Source: Candidatus Falkowbacteria bacterium (lineage in GTDB: Bacteria > Patescibacteriota > Patescibacteriia > Patescibacteriales > GWE2-39-37). Taken from it: DNA of 64,000 nt. The DNA is taken from contig JAAXUA010000001.1 of assembly GCA_013336275.1 (NCBI GenBank), forward strand, positions 14,167-78,166. Reading direction: 5' to 3'. Under the pieces are notes generated by a model. The model searched no databases. It was not told where the DNA came from and saw nothing but the letters and a program-made list of their open reading frames with translations. A program made the translations under genes and the position numbers. This document shows, one piece after another, positions 9,433 through 17,271 of the stretch. Position 1 is the stretch's first letter. Each line of letters starts with the position of its first letter.

Positions 9433-10344
9433 ATGGAAAGACGGATGTTTTTCGGCAGGAACGGCGGCAAGGTCACTGAGGTGACCAAGGAGAAAGCCGC
9501 GGAAATGAAACCGCAACTGGTCCTGGACACGGCCTCGATGCTTGAGGAAAGGACCCACCTTTGCCACCACGACTGCCAGAATGACGAGATTATTGAATTC
9601 GTCCAGACATCTTACGATGGCTGGGGAAAATTCGGCTCGGATGGCGATCTGATCGTCGTCTGCTTTTACCGGCTTAACGAGGGGGCTTGTGTCGCCCAGA
9701 TTGAGTTCATCGGACGGCTGCAGCGGTGCAAACCTTCTCTGGCAGCTGATATCATTCCGGTGATTACAGACAGCGAAGGCAACACTTTCTTCGTCCTGAT
9801 CCATCGGAAATACGACCCGGGCAAAGGCAAGATCGCCCTGATCGGTGGCAACGAGGAGGTGATCGGACCCTACTTCCAGACTCCGACTGCCACCCTGCAG
9901 ATGGAGGCAATGGAGGAAGTGAATCTGGTGCTCGTGCCCCAAGTTGGCGCCGAGCAGGATTTTTTCCACCGTCCGTTCATCCCGAGGGTGCCGGTGAAAG
10001 TCAAGCTCCGACAGCGCGAAGTCTCCGAGACCGACAGCGAATTGATTCTGCTCGGAACCTATGAGACTTCAGCAGAAGAGGAGAGGCCGCACCTGAAGGC
10101 CAAGCGCATCAACTGGACTACGGCCTACATCCTGCCGATCAGGGTAGATTTCCCGGTCGACAAGGAGATGCTGACCCGCTGGTTCCGTGCGGGCGATGAT
10201 GCCGAGAAGATGGCATTCGTCAATCTGGCGACCGACCCCTATCCGGAGTTCGGCATCGGCCATCACGGCACGATCTTCTCCGACGCCATGGAAGCGCTCC
10301 GCCGGGAATACCCGATGAAGGTCTGCACTGCGCTCCACGAATAG
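9433..10344 (+). CDS. Hypothetical protein with degenerate Nudix-like box
   Basis: IGGNEEVIGPYFQTPTATLQMEAMEEVNL resembles GX5EX7REUXEEXGU with R replaced by M and G by N. SD AAGGAGAG lies before ATG 9433. Confidence 0.45.
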   Translation: MERRMFFGRNGGKVTEVTKEKAAEMKPQLVLDTASMLEERTHLCHHDCQNDEIIEFVQTSYDGWGKFGSDGDLIVVCFYRLNEGACVAQIEFIGRLQRCKPSLAADIIPVITDSEGNTFFVLIHRKYDPGKGKIALIGGNEEVIGPYFQTPTATLQMEAMEEVNLVLVPQVGAEQDFFHRPFIPRVPVKVKLRQREVSETDSELILLGTYETSAEEERPHLKAKRINWTTAYILPIRVDFPVDKEMLTRWFRAGDDAEKMAFVNLATDPYPEFGIGHHGTIFSDAMEALRREYPMKVCTALHE

Positions 10345-10367
10345 TTATGTAATCGATATCCGAAACA

Positions 10368-10391
10368 CGGGCAGGAATCCGTTCCTGCCCG
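10368..10391 (+). other. Intercistronic GC hairpin
   Basis: 10-bp perfect stem CGGGCAGGAA/TTCCTGCCCG with a 4-nt loop. Confidence 0.45.
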
Positions 10392-10497
10392 CTTCACCCA
10401 AGCTTCCGAAGCCATTTCGGGGACTTAGGTGAAGCAGTTCATTACAACAATGAATATATCCGCAATCAAATCCAACCGAGAAAAAAGGAGGAGTACG

Positions 10498-12960
10498 ATG
10501 CCGAACAGCGAAAAGAAAGCCAAGGTCGCAATCTGCCAGATGCCCGTAACATTGGGGCGTCCCGATCTCAACACGGTCTACATGGAGGAGGAAATCAAGA
10601 AGGCGGCTGCGGACGGAGTCGAAATCATCATCTTTCCCGAGATGTGCGTCCCCGGTTATCTGATCGGTGATGCCTATGAAGATGAGTCCTTCGTCTTTGA
10701 CGTCCTTAATTGTAACGAGCGCCTGCGCTTGGCAACCAAGGACCTGGCCATTACGGCGATCTTCGGATCGATCAGCGCCCACGCGCAAGCCTGGGGCGAG
10801 GACGGACGGATGCTTAAAAGCAACGGCATCTTCGCCGCAGCGAACGGAGAATGGCTGTATCAGGGCGAAAAGTCTCTGCAACCGAACTACCGGATGTTCG
10901 ACGACGATCGCCATTTCTGCAGCAAGCGCAAACTGCGCGACCGGATCGAGGCCAGCGCCAATCGTGCAATGACTATCCAAAGCATGTTCGAGACGGTAGA
11001 AATCCCGTTGGCAACCGGCAGCATCATTGCCGGTATTATTGAATGCGAGGATATGTGGGACAAGGATTATCCTTTCAGCCCCACCAAGATCCTGGTCGAA
11101 ATGGGGGCCGAGCTGATCATTAATCTCTCGGCTTCGCCCTGGACCTGGCAGAAGAACCGCAAGCGCCACTCGGTAGTCAAGGAACTTCTGACCGAAAATC
11201 CGGTTCCTTTCGTCTACGTCAACAACACCGGAGTGCAGAATAACGGGAAAAACCTGGTCATTTTCGATGGCAGCTCGACAGTCTATAATCAGGCCGGAGA
11301 CATCGCCCTCGAAGTGCCGCCTTTCTTTGCCGGAACCGAAACCTTCGACCTGTCCTGGGAGATGCCGGCAATCGAACCGATCATCCTGGATGACACTACT
11401 CAGCTGTATCAGGCGCTCCGCCATGGGGTGAAGCAGTTTCTCTGGAACATGCCGCCAGAAAGGCGCAAGATGATCATCGGCTTGTCCGGCGGCATCGACT
11501 CAGCCTTGGCAGCTGCCTTCTACGTCGACATCCTCGGCCCGAGAAACGTCTATCTCTACAACCTGCCGACCGATTTCAATAGCGACGAGACCAAATCAAT
11601 TGCGGCGGAAATTGCGCGCAACCTGGGAACGCACTACGAAGTCGTACCTATCCAAGGCGTGGTCGACGCCATCGCCAAAGCCACCGGGTGCGATCCGGAA
11701 AAGGACGAGCTGACCTACGAGAATATCCAGGCGCGTGTGCGCATGGAGATCTTGGCAGCCGAGGCACAGAAGCTCGGCGGCCTGTTCAGCTGCAACAGCA
11801 ACAAAGTGGAAGTCGCTTTCGGCTACGGCACAATGTACGGAGACATCGCCGGCTATCTGGCCGCCTTCGGTGACCTAGTCAAGCGGGAAGTCTACCAGTT
11901 GGCAGACTACTTCAACCGCGTCGTTTTCGAAAGGGAAATCATACCGCAGTCGTGCTTCAAAATAAAGCCCAAGGCCGAATTGAAGCGGGACCAGAAAGAC
12001 CCGTTCGACTACGGCAACCTCGAAGTCCGCGGCTACCACGACGAGATGGTCCGCGCCATGACTGAATTCCGCTGGAATCCGGAGAAATTCGTAGAGAAGT
12101 ATGTTGCCGGCAAGCTCGAAAAGGAGCTTAAGCTCGAACCGGGAACGCTCAAGCGGCTGTTTCCCAACGTGCGGGACTTCCTCTCCGATCTTGAAAAATC
12201 GTGGCGGTTGTTCTTTGACGCCTACCGCAAGCGGGTACAGGCACCACCCATCCCGATCGTAACCAAGCGAGCCTTCGGTTTCGACCTTCGCGAGGCGCTG
12301 ATGAGCGCCCATTTTACAGCCCGCTACCACACTCTGCGGGACCTGGCGTTGAAAGTCTTTCCGGCGCCTCTGGAAATAGCCGTCTTCGGGGGAAGTTTTA
12401 ATCCCCCGGGAAGGCATCACCAGGAAATCGCCGGAATGCTGACCATGTTCGACAAGATCGTTATCGTCCCTTGCGGAGCAAGGGCAGATAAGCCGTCGGC
12501 CAACATCGTGCCGATAGAACACCGCCGCGTTATGGCACTGCTCGCATTCCCCGAAAGCGAACGGATAAAGTTGGATTTGCATGATTTTGAAACCGGCGAA
12601 TATACGCCTACCTATCTTTTGGATCGGCGCTACAAAGAGCTTTATCCGGGGTCGGAAATCTGGCATGTCATCGGTGAAGATATTATCGCCGGCGGTAGCA
12701 AGGGCGAATCAGAAATCCAGCGCACTTGGAATCGCGGACCCCAGATCTGGGAAACGCTGAATTGGGCGGTCTTGACTCGCAAGGGCTATGGAGCCGATAA
12801 GGCTGATCTGCCGCCGCACCACATGCTGATCGAGGTCGAAGGCGTCTTCGGGTCCGGGACACTCATCCGGGATCGTCTCAAGGACGGCTTTGCGATAAAC
12901 GACCTGGTTTCCCCCCAAGTTGCGGATTATATTTATGAACACGACCTCTACCTCGAGTAG
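10498..12960 (+). CDS. nadE: Triple-domain fusion: CN-hydrolase (glutaminase) + NAD synthetase + NaMN adenylyltransferase-like domain
   Basis: N-terminal nitrilase-type domain (VAICQMPV.., FPEMCVPGY, CEDMW). Central PP-loop GLSGGIDSALAA. C-terminal VFGGSFNPPGRHH plus SGTLIRDRL, which is NadD-like. SD AAGGAGGAG upstream. Confidence 0.85.
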   Translation: MPNSEKKAKVAICQMPVTLGRPDLNTVYMEEEIKKAAADGVEIIIFPEMCVPGYLIGDAYEDESFVFDVLNCNERLRLATKDLAITAIFGSISAHAQAWGEDGRMLKSNGIFAAANGEWLYQGEKSLQPNYRMFDDDRHFCSKRKLRDRIEASANRAMTIQSMFETVEIPLATGSIIAGIIECEDMWDKDYPFSPTKILVEMGAELIINLSASPWTWQKNRKRHSVVKELLTENPVPFVYVNNTGVQNNGKNLVIFDGSSTVYNQAGDIALEVPPFFAGTETFDLSWEMPAIEPIILDDTTQLYQALRHGVKQFLWNMPPERRKMIIGLSGGIDSALAAAFYVDILGPRNVYLYNLPTDFNSDETKSIAAEIARNLGTHYEVVPIQGVVDAIAKATGCDPEKDELTYENIQARVRMEILAAEAQKLGGLFSCNSNKVEVAFGYGTMYGDIAGYLAAFGDLVKREVYQLADYFNRVVFEREIIPQSCFKIKPKAELKRDQKDPFDYGNLEVRGYHDEMVRAMTEFRWNPEKFVEKYVAGKLEKELKLEPGTLKRLFPNVRDFLSDLEKSWRLFFDAYRKRVQAPPIPIVTKRAFGFDLREALMSAHFTARYHTLRDLALKVFPAPLEIAVFGGSFNPPGRHHQEIAGMLTMFDKIVIVPCGARADKPSANIVPIEHRRVMALLAFPESERIKLDLHDFETGEYTPTYLLDRRYKELYPGSEIWHVIGEDIIAGGSKGESEIQRTWNRGPQIWETLNWAVLTRKGYGADKADLPPHHMLIEVEGVFGSGTLIRDRLKDGFAINDLVSPQVADYIYEHDLYLE

Positions 12961-12970
12961 GGTCGCAATC

Positions 12971-13007
12971 GGTGCGCGGGGCAAGGCCACAAGCCTGCCC
13001 CCGCACC
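12971..13007 (+). other. Intercistronic GC hairpin
   Basis: 15 bp with two single-nt bulges (GGTGCGcGGGGCAaGGC / GCCTGCCCCCGCACC) and a 5-nt loop. Confidence 0.45.
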
Positions 13008-13109
13008 ATCATTTCATCCATTCTGTCCGGATGCCAAGGCATGCGGCCAGATAAATAAAATGATAAAACGCTCGTTGAAAACAAAATAAATCACAGAAAG
13101 GAAAACGAC

Positions 13110-13736
13110 ATGAAAGAATGGTACGCACAGGAAGTCTACGAAGCCGCGAGAATGATCGCATCAACCGTCCTAGGCAAGCAGCTGCCGCTCGTAGTCTGCA
13201 TAACCGGACCGACTTGTTCCGGCAAAAGCACGCTGGCGGAGGCGCTGGCCAAGGATCCGTTCATGAAGAGCTACCACATCGAGACCATCAGGTATGACGA
13301 TTATATGCGTAATGCCGATGATCCGATGATGCCTAGGCTTGACGGAAAGATCATCTATGATCATCCGCAAGCCTATCATGGCAGCGAGTTCACGTCCCAC
13401 GTCAGAAGCCTGATGCTTGGCCGAAACGCCGAGTCGCCGGTTTATGACACGGTGACAAACCGCCGTACAGCGGCGAAAAGGCCGCTAAAACCTCCGAAAA
13501 TCCTGATTGCCGAAGGCCTGTTCGTCTTCGAGATGGTCAAACATCTTGATGCGCGCAAACTCTTCGTCTATCTCGATGTCTCTTTGGAGGTTTGTCTCAG
13601 CCGGCGCATCGACCGCGACACCAGGCTTTATGCAGTAACCGATGAACAGGTAAAAACAGTTTTCGGTACGCGTGTTTGGCCGATCTGGCAACCGTATGGC
13701 AAAAAACAGAAGGAGATGGCGGAAATTATCCTGTAA
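13110..13736 (+). CDS. P-loop nucleoside kinase of the uridine kinase/phosphoribulokinase family (possible nicotinamide riboside kinase)
   Basis: Walker A ITGPTCSGKSTLAEAL, DHPQAY, LIAEGLF and RRIDRD blocks typical of the Udk family. The NRK role is inferred from context only. Confidence 0.7.
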   Translation: MKEWYAQEVYEAARMIASTVLGKQLPLVVCITGPTCSGKSTLAEALAKDPFMKSYHIETIRYDDYMRNADDPMMPRLDGKIIYDHPQAYHGSEFTSHVRSLMLGRNAESPVYDTVTNRRTAAKRPLKPPKILIAEGLFVFEMVKHLDARKLFVYLDVSLEVCLSRRIDRDTRLYAVTDEQVKTVFGTRVWPIWQPYGKKQKEMAEIIL

Positions 13737-13760
13737 ACCGTAAAAGGGGGAGGTGAAAGT

Positions 13761-14726
13761 ATGACAGCTAATGAAGAGTTGGACGGAGCAGTCAAGCAGA
13801 TCCGCGAATTGTGCGCCCAGTCGCCGTATGCCCAAGGCAAGAATTTTTTCGACCAGTCCTTGAGCAAGCGTCAAGGCGGGCAAGTCGGCGATCGTCATTT
13901 CGAGACGCTGCGCCGCGCCTATCAGGTCGTGTGCCGGGTGGCTGAGGGAGACTATTCCCAGCTGTTCGGCGCCTACATGGCCGACGAGGCCGGCGAAGAA
14001 GAACGGGTGGTGATCAAGATCGTGGACGATCCGGCAGATAACGATCTCCTGCAGAACGAATTGCGGGTGCTCGAGTATCTCCAGGTCCATCCCGGCAGCC
14101 AGCAGAAACATCTGCCCGTTTTGGTCGACCGTTTCGTAACGGGCGGCCAAGGAGGCGAGGATGAATGCCACGGTTCGGTGCTCAAGTATTTTGACGGATT
14201 AGACATCCTGGAAGTCAGGAATCGTCCGAAATTCGCCAAGGGCATGGACCCGTACCACGTCGGCTGGGTCCTCCAGCGGACGTTGAGCGCAGCCGGCTTC
14301 GCGCATTCGTGCGGAGTCGTCCACTGCAACATCGAGCCGGCACACATCATGATACGCCCAAGGAACCATGGCCTTTGCCTGGTCGATTGGAGCTACGCGG
14401 CCATCAACCCGCTGCAGACCGGCGACCGTTACCGGGTGTTCAACGAGATCGGCTATAGCGCTCCCGAAATACGGGACGGCGCCAAGCCTCATCCGTCCGC
14501 TGACCTGTATTCCATCGGCAAGAGCATGGTCGCCCTGTTAGGCGGCAACATCGCAACCGGTGAGATGCCGGGCGCAGTCGACGAGAGGTTCCAGAAACTG
14601 ATCAAGCTGATGATCCTGGAAGACCCGCTAGCTCGGGCGCAAGACGCCTGGGTGATGCACCAGCTATTGAAACCGCTCCGCCAGGAAATCTGGGGCGAGC
14701 ATGAATTCACGCCGCTCGAAGTCTGA
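13761..14726 (+). CDS. Protein-kinase-like protein with HCN in place of the HRD catalytic motif
   Basis: VVIKIV (VAIK Lys), NELRVLEYL (alpha-C Glu), VVHCNIEPAHIMI (codons 14322-14330 = His-Cys-Asn), DWS (DFG-like), YSAPE, DLYSIG. Confidence 0.7.
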   Translation: MTANEELDGAVKQIRELCAQSPYAQGKNFFDQSLSKRQGGQVGDRHFETLRRAYQVVCRVAEGDYSQLFGAYMADEAGEEERVVIKIVDDPADNDLLQNELRVLEYLQVHPGSQQKHLPVLVDRFVTGGQGGEDECHGSVLKYFDGLDILEVRNRPKFAKGMDPYHVGWVLQRTLSAAGFAHSCGVVHCNIEPAHIMIRPRNHGLCLVDWSYAAINPLQTGDRYRVFNEIGYSAPEIRDGAKPHPSADLYSIGKSMVALLGGNIATGEMPGAVDERFQKLIKLMILEDPLARAQDAWVMHQLLKPLRQEIWGEHEFTPLEV

Positions 14727-14750
14727 GCTTAACCGACATGGAGGTGTCAC

Positions 14751-16232
14751 GTGGGAGACGACTTTTACGACGACGATGTTGCTTCAAGGACCCGTTCGAC
14801 CAGAACCGAAGCGTTCCAGCGCAGTACTGGAACCGGCAACCAGCGCACGACGCGCACGACCATCAGCCCGATACTGAACCCTCATGGGGTCAAGAAACGC
14901 GAAGCCCGCGATTCGGCTGATCACCCCAACACCACGCCGATCGTGGTCATCCAGGACGGCACGCTGTCCCGGGGGGAGGATTTCCTCTTCTTGTGGCAGA
15001 AGCTGCCGATGTTCATCGGCCAGATGTATCTCCAGAATTACGTGCCTCATCCGGTGCTGAGCCTGGCCGTTGTCGGCGATATGACCGACAAGGACCGGTT
15101 TCCGCTCCAGGTCTCGCAGTTCGAAGCTGACAACCGTCTCGACGTCGCCATGGAAGAATTCATCATTGAGAAAGGCGGCGGCGGCTCCGGTCAGGAATCT
15201 TACGAGCTGGCGGCATACTTCTACGCCACCAGGTCGGAACTCGACGCTAACAAGCGTGGCGAGAAAGGCTTCTGTTTCATCTTCGGCGACGAGCGCTTTT
15301 ACGAGCATCTCGACCCCAAGCAGCTGAAGGAGCTGTTTGGCGACGACATCGACTACATCATGGATTCGAAGATGGTCTTCGACGCCCTGCAGGAGAAGTA
15401 CCACGTGTTCTTCATCTACACCCGCAAGGCCTGGGCCGAGCGCAAAGCCGGCATCGACGAGGAAATCGCCAAACGTGTCCGCCAGTTCGGTGGCCGCGTC
15501 GACGATGTCGAGATGGGATTTTCGCTTATTTGGCCAACCCAGGACGACCTTGATCTGCGCGTTACCCCGCCGAGCGGCGAGGAGATATACTACGGTCACA
15601 AACGGTCGCGCTGCGGAGGTGAACTGGATGTCGATAAGAATGCCAACCCACCCTATACGACCAAGCCGGTAGAAAACACTGTCTGGGTCAGGGGTACAGC
15701 TCCGGCCGGACGCTACCGCGTTGTCGTACAGAACTACGCCTATCACAGCGGTAATTACAACGCAGTACCGTTCAAGGTGCAGAAGGTAGTTAACGGCGAC
15801 GTCGAATTTTTCGAAGGCAAGACCAAAGCTGGTTCAACCGGCCCTGAAAGCAACGTCCTGTGCTTCGACTTCGACTACGATCCGAGGCAGCGACCGGTAG
15901 ATGATACCGTTTATGCCGCCTACGATGACCAGGCGATTATCGCCCAATGGGCATCGGTTCTGCCGCACGAGCATGTCATGATCATTGATGACCCTCGTGC
16001 CGGTGTCGACCTGATGCTCGGCGCCATGGCCCTGAAATCCGGCTCAGCCGATCTGCGCAAGTATATGGCTGATATGGAGGCCCGAGGACAGGATGAAGAG
16101 CGCATCACCGTAGTTTCAACTGCCTTGAGCAAGCTAGCCAGCGCATCGGCCCCGGTCGCCAAGATCGACGCTTCGGCACTGCCTGACCGCAGCGGTCCGG
16201 CAAACCGCCGGAACCGCACCACCAGGATTTAA
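14751..16232 (+). CDS. vWA-like domain protein with C-terminal YfaP/DUF2135-like beta-sandwich
   Basis: GTG start after GGAGGTG. MIDAS-like DGTLS, GGGGSGQESYELA and FIFGDE. C-terminal IWPTQDDLDLRVTPPSGEEIYYGH..GGELDVDKN..GRYRVVVQNY. Confidence 0.6.
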   Translation: MGDDFYDDDVASRTRSTRTEAFQRSTGTGNQRTTRTTISPILNPHGVKKREARDSADHPNTTPIVVIQDGTLSRGEDFLFLWQKLPMFIGQMYLQNYVPHPVLSLAVVGDMTDKDRFPLQVSQFEADNRLDVAMEEFIIEKGGGGSGQESYELAAYFYATRSELDANKRGEKGFCFIFGDERFYEHLDPKQLKELFGDDIDYIMDSKMVFDALQEKYHVFFIYTRKAWAERKAGIDEEIAKRVRQFGGRVDDVEMGFSLIWPTQDDLDLRVTPPSGEEIYYGHKRSRCGGELDVDKNANPPYTTKPVENTVWVRGTAPAGRYRVVVQNYAYHSGNYNAVPFKVQKVVNGDVEFFEGKTKAGSTGPESNVLCFDFDYDPRQRPVDDTVYAAYDDQAIIAQWASVLPHEHVMIIDDPRAGVDLMLGAMALKSGSADLRKYMADMEARGQDEERITVVSTALSKLASASAPVAKIDASALPDRSGPANRRNRTTRI

Positions 16233-16241
16233 CCGTCCAAA

Positions 16242-16270
16242 CGGACGGGCACGGAATCCGTGCCCGTCCG
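16242..16270 (+). other. Intercistronic GC hairpin
   Basis: 13-bp perfect stem CGGACGGGCACGG/CCGTGCCCGTCCG with a 3-nt loop. No U-tract. Confidence 0.5.
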
Positions 16271-16295
16271 CCAACTTTTCCATCGAGGAGGCTAC

Positions 16296-17240
16296 ATGAA
16301 AATAATCGCCACCCTGCCGCCGCCCCATCAAGCCGACAGGCTCAAAGCGGTGGCCGAACATCCGTTGGTCGAGGAAGCTCGATTCAACGTTGGCATGCGC
16401 ACGCCGTATGGCCCGAAAGAGACATTGGAGCGCCTGCTTGCTGCCATGGGCGGCAAGCCGCTCTGGATCGATCTCAAGGGCCGCCAGCTGCGCATCATGC
16501 AGTGGGCCGTGCCCACCTACGGAGATATCATCCTGAGCCACAAGGTCAAAGTCGACCTGCCCGCCAGGATCGAGTTCCGCGGCGGGCAATATTCAGACAT
16601 CGTCGAAGTTCGGGGCAACCGTATCTTCGTCGAACCGGACCCGCCCAGCGCCCTCGGTCGCGGCCAGTCCGTCAATATCCATGGTGAAAACCTGGAAATC
16701 GACGGCTATCTGACCCGTGAAGACAAAGCCTACATCAAGGCAGCCAAAGAACTTGGCATCCACCGCTACATGCTGTCCTTCGTCGAAGGCAGTCAGGATA
16801 TCGAGGATGTGTTTGCTCTCGACTCCAAGGCTGAGATGATTGCCAAGATCGAATCCTTGAAAGGTCTCGCCTACATCGGAACCCTGGAGTTCAACGAGTA
16901 TGTCGCTCTAAACATCGTACGTCCGATGGCGGCCAGGGATGACCTGTACGCCAATATCGGACAGGATAAATTCCGTATTTTCTCCGCTCTGCAATCTATC
17001 ATCAATTCCACGTCGGAGGCCATCGTCGCTTCGCGTCTCTGCGAGTCGCTCCGAAAGAGTACTGAGCCGAGCCTGAGCGATCTGGCTGACCTGATGCTTC
17101 TGCGTCAGATCGGCTACCGTGAATTCATGCTCTCTGACGAACTTTGCAAGGATACTGACGCTTTCTTACGCGCCATGGAAACCTTGGCAGTACTTGGAGA
17201 ACGGACGCGAGACACGGTCAGTCGGATTACGCTCGACTGA
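16296..17240 (+). CDS. Pyruvate-kinase-like TIM-barrel protein lacking the PK C-terminal domain
   Basis: Collinear with the PK A/B domains: KIIATLPP, ARFNVGMR, IDLKGRQLRI, LTREDKAYI..LSFV, IAKIES, AARDDLYANIG, ASRLCESL..PSLSDLADL. SD GAGGAGG lies before ATG 16296. Confidence 0.7.
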   Translation: MKIIATLPPPHQADRLKAVAEHPLVEEARFNVGMRTPYGPKETLERLLAAMGGKPLWIDLKGRQLRIMQWAVPTYGDIILSHKVKVDLPARIEFRGGQYSDIVEVRGNRIFVEPDPPSALGRGQSVNIHGENLEIDGYLTREDKAYIKAAKELGIHRYMLSFVEGSQDIEDVFALDSKAEMIAKIESLKGLAYIGTLEFNEYVALNIVRPMAARDDLYANIGQDKFRIFSALQSIINSTSEAIVASRLCESLRKSTEPSLSDLADLMLLRQIGYREFMLSDELCKDTDAFLRAMETLAVLGERTRDTVSRITLD

Positions 17241-17271
17241 ACAACAACCAACAAAGAATGGAGGTGGCGAT

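Noticed and set aside
10345-11424. 359-codon minus-strand ORF antisense to the nadE fusion (similar cases: 8362-9234, 2906-3718, 11875-12666, 13485-14171, 14784-15746)
   Set aside because: All overlap strongly supported + strand genes. Their products are low-complexity and Arg/Gly/Asp-rich without motifs, so I treat them as shadow ORFs.
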